NCBI GenBank assembly: GCA_002104905.1
Contig: MCFE01000269.1
Coordinates: 43,096 to 107,095, forward strand
Reading direction: 5' to 3'
Source: Basidiobolus meristosporus CBS 931.73
Lineage: Eukaryota > Fungi > Basidiobolomycota
DNA: 64,000 nucleotides
The number at the start of each line of letters is the position of its first letter. Position 1 is the stretch's first letter. Under the pieces are notes generated by a model, which did no database searches, was not told where the DNA came from, and saw only the letters and a program-made list of their open reading frames with translations. This document shows, one piece after another, positions 52,666-63,771 of this stretch. The translations under genes and the position numbers were made by a program.

Positions 52666-54049
52666 ACCATTCTTCTCCTTGAAAAGCTCCCATAAAACAA
52701 GGTAGTTGCTATCGATTTCATTATCACCAACTGTTATTAGCTTGATCGCTTGCTTGTCGACATCATGATCGAACAAAATGGTTGGTTCTGTTCCCCAGGG
52801 GTTGACTGACCCATTAGTCATCATCAGCCAATTTTGATCATTGCGTAGATCCCAGACACGGACCTCTCCGGAGCTGGTCGTCAGAAACAACAAGTGGTCC
52901 GCTTTGCCAGGATGGTAATTCAAAACTTGAATGTCGTGCAAGAAATAGTGCTTGCTGATCAGCTCTCCACTAAGATAGTCGAATCTCATACTGAACATGG
53001 CCGCATTCCTGTTCGACTCGACGCCAAATAAGGTGAACGCGTTCGGGTTGGACTCTCCACTGTATGGGACTTCGAAACCACCATAGTGGAAACTTGCCTG
53101 TACTTGCATACGAAACTCAACAAGTTTACTGGCGCTTTGACCGTTGTCCATACGGTAAATCTGGATCTTGCTCCACTCGCTTCCCAGCTGGCTGTTTCCG
53201 TAGGCTATTACGAACAGCCCTCGTTTAGCGTTGACCGATATCAACTCCACTCGCTGTTCTCCCTCTATGGGAATTTGATAATTGCCAATTGACCTCCAAT
53301 CGTTCTTTGACCAAACAAGAACATTGTATCTTTCTTTGTCGACACATCCCCCGTAACCAACCAATCCATTCGCATGGTCCTCAATCAACCGCCTAGAAAC
53401 ATGGCGAAACTCTTTATGGTTTTCACTCTGCACAAGGTGCTTCCACTGAGGACCGTACAAACTGGAATAAAAGGGCAGCTGAAACAGTATCGATTCAGAA
53501 ATGGATTTGGGAGTGTAGTGGCCCCATGATTGCAACGATTTCCAGTGATCTTGAAACATCTGCTTCCAGGAGGAATCAAGGTAGGACAAAGACTTGTAGG
53601 CAATACCATGCGACAGGTTTGGTGACATGGACTTGAAGGTCAGGAACCAAAGATAGTCTTCCTCACAGTATCTACAACAGCACACTGTTAATTCCGGGTA
53701 CTTCAGCCAAGAGCCAGCGAACTACGAACCTTTTGAATCGTCGAGAAACAAGTCTCAATTGGTTAAGATATTTCGGATGACTCGCTACAAACGTCAACAC
53801 AGTTAGCCACACTTCGTCGGGGATATCGTCTTCGTTGAGCCTGAAGACCGGGCGGTTGGTTGTGAACAGGGAGAATAGGTGCATGTTAAGTGCAAAGACA
53901 GAAAACTTTGAACGATGGATTACAAAAGGTGGACCATAGTCTGGCCAGATACCAGGTTTCCTGACGACACCGAAGCTTCTTTTATATGTCCTCATCATGG
54001 CGCCAGCGGGTTGAATTGATTGGATCTCAGCTATGGCGGGATCAGCCAT
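52348..54049 (-). CDS. F-box protein with a beta-rich (propeller-like) C-terminal domain, multi-exon
   Basis: F-box IPDEVWLTVLTFV...LNQLRLVSRRFKR; long last exon with LFLTTSSGEVRVWDLRN. Confidence 0.75.
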
Positions 54050-55274
54050 GGCTAGTGGTGGTAATGTTGACGATGATTTTTCAAGGAATTGCAGATGCAC
54101 TAGTTTCCATGTTTGGTAGCAACCTAGATCCCTACCAATGTGCGAACGATTGTAAATATCGGATTCTCCGCGTACGAAATTGCTCCGGAGGCGATCTATC
54201 GGAGCAACAAACGTGACGGTTTAGCAAGATGACAAATTGGATTTAGCAATGATTACGTGGTGCATGTCTCCCAGTTGCATCACTAATGTTAAGGCAGCAT
54301 TGAACCTGGTTCCGGATCTGGCTCGTGAGGTGATGACTGATTAGTAAGAAACCTGCTTTGCGGTGTGCCCATCCCCATCCGTAGTCAGTGAAACAATCAT
54401 CAAGGGTAATCTTCCTCTCCATAGAGTGCTACGGATGTTTCCTACCCGGGAATGAATGATTTTGTTGACCTTTTCTATAGATTTAGCTTTCCCTGATCGT
54501 TCCATTTTGGCTAATCTTAGGGTCCGGCAGATGATTTACTTAGATTCTCCGTTTTTTCGTTCTTCCGTTCTAGCCAGAATTTGCGGTAGCTAGTCAATAT
54601 ATAGAAATCGGATTACATATGGTCGACAAGAGGATTCGACGCCCTTTGCTTGTTGTCGTTAAGGTTCACGCTTTGGTGTAGAGCATTTGTAGTTGCCTCG
54701 AAATTAAACCGACACTTGCTTGAATAACAAACAAATTTCAGTTAACCCATCAAACGATCGATTAACGATATATTTATTTAAGATTCCTTAAAATGTCTGT
54801 CCTCTGTCACTAGGGGATTTTGTTACGGATAATTGCCGGAGAATTCCGACAAATCCAATTGACAGATTCACGTTTTGATAGTAAATCGGTCCAAGCTCAT
54901 GCTTACCAGTGACTATCGTGGAGTAGATGAAATCCTCTTTTTGAGATCATTTACCCGTGGAACATATTTGAATGGGGGTTTTATTTTTTATCTACATGTA
55001 CAGCATGCTGCAATTGTTTTGCTCAGGAACAAAAGTTTGGAAAAGCCCGTGCTGGATGAGACAAACAACTGAGGACTTGGATATATGTCGGCTAAACTCC
55101 AAGTTACGGCTGTATGGCTGTTGGTGCTTCATATCCCACTGCATGTATATTGTGTATGACAACAACGTGGGGTTGACTTCCAAATGTTGCAAGGGATGAT
55201 GCAGAAATGATAGCATAAGACGCTAGGCGGTCTCTAGAAAGTATCACACGTATTTCTATAACCAAGTAAGGGGT

Positions 55275-55787
55275 TTAGCGTGTTGGTGAGGCTGAACATC
55301 CTTTTTCTTCGTGCTTAAGCAAGCTATCCCGGCGGGCAAACGGCTTGTCACATGCTGAGCAACGATAGAGTGTAGTGGTTTGGTGTACAGTAGCCAAATG
55401 CCTTCTTAAATCGTGCTTTCGACCAAAGGCCTTTTTGCATTCGAGGCACTGAAAAGGGCGAGCTAATTCAGGATAATGTGTTCGAGTGTGGACGTTCAGG
55501 TTGTACTTTCTAGCAAAGCTTTTAAGGCAACCCGAAAACGTGCAGGAGTAGATCTTTTCTTTTGCAGCAACTAATCGGTCACTCTTCTCGATTGCGCCAC
55601 ATGGGGAATATGAAAGTTGTGTAGGGGTAGGAATGCAACCGCTTTCAGAAGTTTGACTTCCCTCGTTGCTAGATTCATGAGAGCTATCTGTTTCAAAATC
55701 TTTTGGAATCGGGAAACTTAAGACAGTGTCCAGGAAGCTATGTCTGCTTCCAAGCGCTGAGGGATTATGGGGATTCATCAGTTCCAT
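55275..55787 (-). CDS. Three-finger C2H2 zinc-finger transcription factor
   Basis: YSCTFSGCLKSFARKYNLNVHTRTH; FQCLECKKAFGRKHDLRRHLATVH; YRCSACDKPFARRDSLLKH. Likely ATG at 55787. Confidence 0.9.
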   Translation of the reverse strand: MELMNPHNPSALGSRHSFLDTVLSFPIPKDFETDSSHESSNEGSQTSESGCIPTPTQLSYSPCGAIEKSDRLVAAKEKIYSCTFSGCLKSFARKYNLNVHTRTHYPELARPFQCLECKKAFGRKHDLRRHLATVHQTTTLYRCSACDKPFARRDSLLKHEEKGCSASPTR

Positions 55788-56479
55788 GAGGGAAAAATAA
55801 AAAGACTTGTAAAAATTGAAGTGTAATCTGGTGAACACGATTAGATGATTTTCCAAAATCAAGTCCCAAAAGTCACGATTTATATCAGAAGAGAAAACCG
55901 AACATCCGAGGCTTTCTCCTCGATATAGGAAGGTCATGCCTGACGCAGGCCATGCCAACCCGCCACTGGGTAATTGCGGCACTCAATAATCCAGCTAACT
56001 GAGAGGTTGTTTCGATCAATTCGGGTGAATTGCGGCAGAAACACACGGTTGTGGAATTTGTAATCGCCGCACCATTGGGGCTGCAGAGACACAAAACTAG
56101 TGAAAGCAAATAGAATATACTGGAATTTTCTATCCCCACCCCAAGGTCATAAACCTGATTCTTGGCATCGAAATGAATGCATAGCACATTAAGATATACA
56201 GTACAATATTTCAGAATAGGGAAATATGACGTAATTTGTTCCGGTTTGCACCTAATACACGGATAGCCGGAATCATTATTCCTTAATCTTGAACCTCTTG
56301 TTTGAGTTTTGCTGCTGGCCCATGTCATTTTATAATGCCAAGGTTCGTTTACTGAGACTATATATATGTATATTATAGTCAGTGTTAGTACCTGAAGAGC
56401 CCCACACCTCGGGAAACTACACTCGGGGATATTTGTGGCTAAGAACTAACATATTCCGGAACCTAAAATCAATTATACT

Positions 56480-57180
56480 CTAGTATTGTTCTGATTAATT
56501 GTCAATTCCACTTGCTGGAGAACTGAAAGTGTACTTTGGTGCAATCTTTGACTTGCAGATTCAGAGGGGCGAATGGATATTGGTGATGAAAAATTCGCGG
56601 AATTTGGGTATGTAAACAACAGTGCCATTATATATACTGTTATATATAGGATTTATGCAAGAATAATCATTGCTTTTACTGGGTAAGTGTCTCTGTTTAT
56701 TACATGCTAAACATTGATTCTGTTTGAAGTATATTAAGATTAACAGTAATGATACATTTGGAAACATCGGACCTGTAGCAGCTAATAATACCGAGAATAT
56801 TATTACTGAAGATCTTTTGGAGGTTGCTATTCAAGAAGAGGATCAAGAGAAAGATGAAATCGACCTTGCTGCTGCGGATGTCTCAACAACTAGGGAAGTA
56901 TACAATGACCCCCCGTACAAGTGGGTCTGTCAATGGTTTCACCTCCTTGAAAGCTTGGTTAAACATGAGAGCCGTACCATTATTGCTGACTCTTAGTTTG
57001 GTTCCCCAAATACAACAATGATGTTGACTGAGCCTGGTCTACATTCGATTGTGTAAGTGACCAAACGCTGCTGATTGCCATATGGTATGTCTACCACTGA
57101 TATGGCTGTTAGTATTAGCAACTTGTATGATACTTACTTCACTATGAAAAAGACAACAAGGAATGAGTGAATCTTTGTCT
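56480..57180 (+). pseudogene. Possible intron-containing gene or transposon fragment
   Basis: GTATGT/GTAAGT donors, AG acceptors and a short acidic ORF (56724-56996); no family recognised. Confidence 0.3.
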
Positions 57181-57924
57181 GTCTGCCATGATCACAAAAG
57201 CGGTATATCAAAAAAACAAACAATAATCAATAATAGTTCAGAGGCAGTACAATTGTTTTTAACATTTCAAATAAGGTTGTTGAAAACCATGCACATCACT
57301 CATCAACAAAGTGTTAAAGTTTGCCAAAAATTACCACAGTCAAAGTAACTTGAGACAAGATCATTGTAACTGTTCTGAAAAATCTTGATGCTGTCATGAA
57401 GAGTACACTTCAGAGAGTTCATTCTTTTTAATTGGACTTCATGTTGTGCATCAATATTCAAAACTTAGCCATTTTTACCAAGTTAAAAAATCTAGTACCC
57501 TTACTGATTTTCCCTAACCTAAGTACTGTTGTCAGAGTTTTGGAGATATTGGAAGTGATTGGGAGAGCTAGTAGACTATGTGGTTTTTGCCTAATGATTT
57601 ATCAAATGTAAAAGTGGTATTAAAACTTTTACATGTTCTTGGTAAAAAAACCTGCATATTATGTTTGATAAAGCCCCAATAGCATGAGAATAAAGTCTGG
57701 GGTTGCTTGCACAAATTTGAGAAATATCATATTCTGGGTACCTGCTCTTATGGTGCAAATATCCAAAGTAAATCCAAACAAGGAGTTTGGTCAGAATTCT
57801 CAAAGACATGTAGGTAAAGCTCTAAGTGACTAAGCTAGGTGAGTACTTTGATGGAGCTACAAATTCTTACAATACAACCACTCAACTGAGTACTCCAATT
57901 AATTAGTTCCAATTGCAATATGAG

Positions 57925-58146
57925 TTATTCAAATTTGTCTCTTGCTAATGGTTTGGTAAGTATGTCCACAATCATTACATTTGTGGGACAGTAAACTAGG
58001 TTAACTTGGTTATTCTCTATAGCTTGATGTATGAAATAATGTCCAATATCTATGTGCTTAGTTCTGGCATGAAGAGCTGATTCTCTACCTAGTTGTGTAC
58101 ATCCTTGATTATCTTGAAATAATGTAATAGGGGCTGTTGTATCCAA
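57925..58146 (-). mobile_element. Degenerate Ty1/copia LTR-retrotransposon remnant (RNase H C-terminus)
   Basis: TLFQDNQG...HARTKHIDIGHYFI...LVYCPTNVMIVDILTKPL is the copia RNase H end motif with degenerate substitutions. Confidence 0.88.
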
Positions 58147-58840
58147 GAGAAAAGTGTAAAATAACTATTGAATGGTTTAACTGAGCCTAAGGGACATTCA
58201 AGTGCAAATCTTAGAAATGTCAGAGAGTGGCAGAAGTATTGGCAGAGAGATTCTGGTCTAATGTTGGTGTTGTATCCCTATGAAAAATAATTTGGTCCTG
58301 CAGGTGGATCTGATCTGGATCAGCCGTCAGGATCCCATTTAGAGACTGTCATAATACCAGCAGCTTGGAATTAGTGACCCTTTTAACAATCTTATGACAG
58401 GATCACAACAGCATTTTGCTAATGTTACTGCCAAATAATGTTATAAATTTGACAGGATTTGACTGGTGCTGTTACAATAATTGCATGGCATTGTTGCGGT
58501 CTTGTTGCACTCTACAACCATTCTAAATGTATTCAACTGGCCTGGACATCCAATTGCCTTATATGGAAAAATCTTGATGGTATTTTAACAGCCTCACAGC
58601 AAGATTCTGATGGCTTTATAACAGCAGTATGGCTGTGTTGTGCATCAACATTTAAAACTTAGCCAATTTCACTGCATTAGCAAATCTAGTACCTTAACTG
58701 ATTTTCCCTAACCAAATCATAACTAATCCCTGTTATGGTTTATTTTATCTCTTCTCAGAAGCTATTTTTAGCTGCCACACCCAATCAATTTACAAGTGGT
58801 CATTACATCCTCAAGTGATCTGCTAAGCCTTTCCAAAGGA

Positions 58841-59180
58841 TTAGGGGGGGGGAGACAGTCATCAACAGGTGAAATATTTATTTCAGTTGAAACAAAGAAG
58901 CCAGCGCTACTGTTGTAGCTTTGATACAAGAGTGTGTAGCTGAGGGGAATTTGCAGGTAGGTTAACAAGAAGTGATGATAGTTCTTCAGTGCTTAAGACA
59001 CTGTTTAGTGGGAAGGGGGGTAGCAAGAGGGGTAAGAATGATTTGTGAACAACATTAATGAGGGGAATATGATAAGGATTGATATTCATCACAAAGGGTG
59101 TATGCTGCTTCAGATATTGCTGCCAAAGGTCTGTGAAGTACTTCAGGTAGGCCAGCTTAGGTTTTTCTGACTGCAGAATA
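58841..59180 (-). mobile_element. Telomere-associated LINE, copy 1 (3' fragment of about 340 bp)
   Basis: Matches the 3' ends of copies 2 and 3; junction TTAGGG+GGGGGG-AGACAGTC on the + strand. Confidence 0.9.
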
Positions 59181-59347
59181 GACTTGTTCAATTGTACTAC
59201 GCCAGGGCGCACAATGCAATGCACAGTTGTAAAGAACAATTGGGCACAATATAATAGCTACCAGTAGGCAGGATTGTTCTTGGACAATTTTGCACTATGT
59301 GGGACAATCTTGCACACTATGGCACAATCTGACATGATGAGGTTGGC

Positions 59348-61923
59348 TTAGGGGTTAGGGGGAGACAGTCACCAACAGGTGAAATCTTTATTTCAGTTGA
59401 AACAAAGACGCCAGCACTACTGTCGTAGCTTTGATACAAGAGTGTGTAGCTGAGGGGAATTTGTAGGTAAGTTAATAAGAAGTGATGATAGTTCTTCAGT
59501 GCTCAAGACACTGTTCAGTGGGAAGGGGGGTAGCAAGAGAGGTAAGAATGACTTGTGAACAACATTAATGAGGGGAATGTGATAAGGATTGATATTCATC
59601 ATAAAGGGAGTGTGCTGCTGCAGATATTGCTGCCAAAGGTTTGTCAAGTACTTCAGGTAGGCCAGCTTGGGTATTTCTGACTGCAGAATAAATTCAGCAA
59701 ACTTCTTGACTTCAGGATCTCCAAGTATAGTTCTCCAGCAGGAGCCAGGTGTAGTGTGGTGTGTTCTCTTCCAGGCCTTAATCAGTGGGTTGTTGCAGTT
59801 GTGAAGTCTGAGGTATAATCTGGTTCTAAGGTAGAGAAGTCTGATCTTATAGGGCATAAACCCAAAAGCACCAAGAATAGCATGTCTGTAGGGGCATTCA
59901 GGCAAATGAGGCACCAAGGAGGTAATGCACCATACTGCAAACTTGTCAAGCTTAGTGCAGTCTCTAGAAGTAAGAGAGAGAAGTGGTAAGCCAAATTCCA
60001 GGACAGGGAAGACAAACTGCTTGAGTAGAAGGAGGCAGCTGGGAGCTGAAGTTGTAGGAGGAGTAACAGCCAGTAGCTTGTGGAGTGCCTGTCTTGCTAG
60101 AATAATTCTCTTCTTCAGGTGTGCTCCAGAGTCTAGTCCAGTAGAAAGGAAAGGAAAGCCAAGATATGTAGCAGAAACCTGAGCAGGTAGAGTGGAGTTC
60201 TCCAAGTTGATGGGAGAGCCCAAAGGTACTGTCTTTGCAATGGAAAGCTGGAGATTATTCTTCTGCAGATACTGGTGGATGGTCTGGGAGTCTTGTTGCA
60301 CATTGGAGGAGGATATTCTGATGTCATCAGCAAAGAGAGTAACCAGGCAGTCAGCTGAGAGTCTTGGGAAATCATTCAGGAAGATGGCAAACAGTATAGG
60401 ACCAAGCACAGAGCCTTGAACCACTCCATTAGGAACTGAGAACACAGCTGATTGCTCACTTGGGTGCAGAATTCTTGCTTGTGGATCCAGAAACAGAGAT
60501 CTGACAAGGAGGGTGAGAGAGGTACTGGAGAAGCATTGCAACTTGGACCAAAGCAGATTCCTGTCAACTGAATCAAAGGCCTTAGTAATATCAAACAGAA
60601 CAGAGGGATACTTGCACTGGAGAGAGTGATCTTGGCTAAGTATGACTGCATATTCCAAGGAGAGGCCAGGAACAAAGCCAAACTGTGCAGGATGAAACTT
60701 GAGGGAGTCAGAGTAGAGCTCCTGAGCAAGCAGAAGCACAAACACCTTTCTGCAGGTGGGCAGCAGAGATATTGGCCTGTAGGAGCTAGGATCCAGGTGC
60801 TTTCCTTTACCCTTGTACAGTGGCAGAACATTTGCAAAGGACCATTCCTCAGGAGTAGAAAGCTGGGCTGAGCATTGCTGAAACAGTGGAAGCAGAAGTG
60901 CAGACATGGCCTTGGTACTAGTCTTCAGAAGCTCATAGGAGATTGTGTCCACACCTGGAGCAGTAGAGTTGGGAAGCCTCTTGAGCACATTATGGATTCT
61001 CCTTTGATCAAGTGCAAGTGGGATGGGCAGAGTCTTGAAGTCAGGATGAAAGCCAGGGGTTGAGTACTGCTTTGTAGAGAAGAAGATGTTAGCCAGCTGT
61101 TCTGTTGAAGGTAACTTCCTGGAAGAGGGCCTCATTGCCCTGTAGAGTCTTGATACTGTTCTTGTTATAGAGTTGGAAGATTGCAGAGGCAAAGAACTCA
61201 TAATATGATCCCAGAGCTGAGTATGCAGAGTGTGGTGAATTGCCTTGGAGTAGTGTATTGCTGTCAGGAGGAGTTTCTCTGTTTTTGGGTTAGGGAAACT
61301 CAAGTAGCTTTGTTGCAGGGCTGAAACAATGGATTCCCATTTTCTTGAGGTAACAGCAGTAGTCATGCATGGCAGTGAGAGGGAGGCAGACACCAGAATC
61401 AGATGCTTCACAAAGAGCCAGGCATAGTTGAGATCATCTGGCAGAGAAAGTAGCAAACTGGCAAGCTTCAAGTAGTTCCCAAAGTCTTTCTTCTGATTCT
61501 TGGTAGCTTTGTGGGTGAGCACAGTAAGTTTTGGCAGCTTCTTCTTCACAACTGGTTGCATAGACAGGGACCAGGCTGGGTGGTCAGAGGCTCTCAAGGA
61601 TCCTAGCTCAGCTCCAGAGAATTGCTTAACTTCATTCACAAAGTAGAGGGCAGCAGCAGAAGGGCAGATCCAGTCAACACATCTTTTCTCAGATTGAGCA
61701 CCTAGTGCTAGCAGGTGGCTTTCTCTCAGGAAGTTCAGTAGGAATGTAGACCTTGGCTTCATTCTTGCAGTCAGAGTAGTCTTGTTCTCAGGATGGGGAA
61801 TGTTGAGATCTCCAAGCAAGATAACAGGTGTTGATATAGATTGTTAGTATTGCTGAAACTTCCTGCATATAACTTGCACTTCCTGAAGGGCAAGACTTGG
61901 AGGCAGATAGCAGAGCACCAGAC
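59348..61923 (-). mobile_element. Telomere-associated LINE, copy 2 (5'-truncated within the APE domain; 800-aa EN/RT ORF at 59417-61819)
   Basis: APE motifs CYLPP, LLGDLN, VDWI, SDH; RT motifs APGVD, YRPISLL, QFGF, DITKAFDSV, GVVQGSVLGPILF, LFADD, YLG; junction TTAGGGGTTAGGGGG-AGACAGTC. Confidence 0.93.
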
Positions 61924-63768
61924 TTAGGGTTAGGGGGGAGACAGTCACCAACAGGTGAAATCTTTATTTCAGTTGAAACAAAGAAGCCAGCGCTACTGTT
62001 GTAGCTTTGATACAAGAGTGTGTAGCTGAGGGGAATTTGTAGGTAAGTTAATAAGAAGTGATGATAGTTCTTCAGTGCTCAAGACACTGTTCAGTGGGAA
62101 GGGGGGTAGCAAGAGAGGTAAGAATGACTTGTGAACAACATTAATGAGGGGAATGTGATAAGGATTGATATTCATCATAAAGGGAGTGTGCTGCTGCAGA
62201 TATTGCTGCCAAAGGTCTGTCAAGTACTTCAGGTAGGCCAGCTTGGGTTTTTCTGACTGCAGAATATAGTGAGCAAACTTCTTGACTTCAGGATCTCCAA
62301 GTATAGTTCTCCAGCAGGAGCCAGGTGTTGTGTGGTGTGTTCTCTTCCAGGCCTTAATCAGTGGGTTGTTGCAGTGGTGAAGTCTGAGATATAATCTGGT
62401 TCTAAGGTAGAGAAGTCTGATCTTATAGGGCATAAACCCAAAAGCACCAAGAATAGCATGTCTGTAGGGGCATTCAGGCAAATGAGGCACCAAGGAGGTA
62501 ATGCACCATACTGCAAACTTGTCAAGCTTAGTGCAGTCTCTAGAAGTAAGAGAGAGAAGTGGTAAGCCAAATTCCAGTACAGGGAAGACAAACTGCTTGA
62601 GTAGAAGAAGGCAGCTGGGAGCTGAAGTTGTAGGAGGAGTAACAGCCAGTAGCTTGTGGAGTGCCTGTCTTGCCAGGATAATTCTCTTCTTCAGGTGTGC
62701 TCCAGAGTCTAGTCCAGTAGGAAGGAAAGGAAAGCCAAGATATGTAGCAGAAACCTGAGCAGGTAGAGTGGAGTTCTCTAAGGTGATGGGAGAGCCCAAA
62801 GGTACTGTCTTTGCAATGGAAAGCTGGAGATTATTCTTCTGCAGATACTGGTGGATGGTCTGGGAGTCTTGTTGCACATTGGAGGAGGATATTCTGATGT
62901 CATCAGCAAAGAGAGTAACCAGGCAGTCAGCTGAGAGTCTTGGGAAATCATTCAGGAAGATGGCAAACAGTATAGGACCAAGCACAGAGCCTTGAACCAC
63001 TCCATTAGGAACTGAGAACACAGCTGATTGCTCACTTGGGTGCAGAATTCTTGCTTGTGGATCCAGAAACAGGGACCTGACAAGGAGGGTGAGAGAGGTA
63101 CTGGAGAAGCATTGCAACTTGGACCAAAGCAGATTTCTGTCAACTGAATCAAAGGCCTTAGTAATATCAAACAGAACTGAGGGATACTTGCACTGGAGAG
63201 AGTGATCTTGGCTAAGTATGACTGCATATTCCAAGGAGAGGCCAGGAACAAAGCCAAACTGTGCAGGATGAAACTTGAGGGAGTCAGAGTAGAGCTCCTG
63301 AGCAAGCAGAAGCTCAAACACCTTTCTGCAGGTGGGCAGCAGAGATATTGGCCTGTAGGAGCTAGGATCCAGGTGCTTTCCTTTACCCTTGTACAGTGGC
63401 AGAACATTTGCAAAGGACCATTCCTCAGGAGTAGAAAGCTGGGCTGAGCATTGCTGAAACAGTGGAAGCAGAAGTGCAGACATGGCCTTAGAACTAGTCT
63501 TCAGAAGCTCATAGGAGATTGTGTCCACACCTGGAGCAGTAGAGTTGGGAAGCCTCTTGAGCACATTATGGATTCTCCTTTGATCAAGTGCAAGTGGGAT
63601 GGGCAGAGTCTTGAAGTCAGGATGAAAGCCAGGAGTTGAGTACTGCTTTGTAGAGAAGAAGATGTTAGCCAGCTGTTCTGTTGAAGGTAACTTCCTGGAA
63701 GAGGGCCTCATTGCCCTGTAGAGTCTTGATACTGTTCTTGTTATAGAGTTGGAAGATTGCAGAGGCAA
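61924..63768 (-). mobile_element. Telomere-associated LINE, copy 3 (5'-truncated; 591-aa RT ORF at 61993-63768)
   Basis: Near-identical to copy 2; proximal junction TTAGGGTTAGGGGGG-AGACAGTC; the distal end is fused to the telomere. Confidence 0.95.
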
Positions 63769-63771
63769 GGA

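Noticed and set aside
59280-59335. Possible gag CCHC knuckle (CARLSHIVQNCP) in the spacer
   Set aside because: It needs a frameshift, is flanked by stops, and is explained equally well by a tandem repeat of about 20 bp.
61287-61295. Internal GGGTTAGGG within copy 2
   Set aside because: It lies in frame inside the ORF (FPNPK) with no sequence discontinuity, so it is not a junction. It could at most seed healing.
59417-63768. RT as telomerase (TERT) or a Penelope-like Athena/Coprina element
   Set aside because: The motifs (APGVD, YRPISLL, QFGF, GVVQGSVLGP, FADD) and the upstream APE residues are those of LINE-type RTs; no TERT T-motif or GIY-YIG domain is seen.
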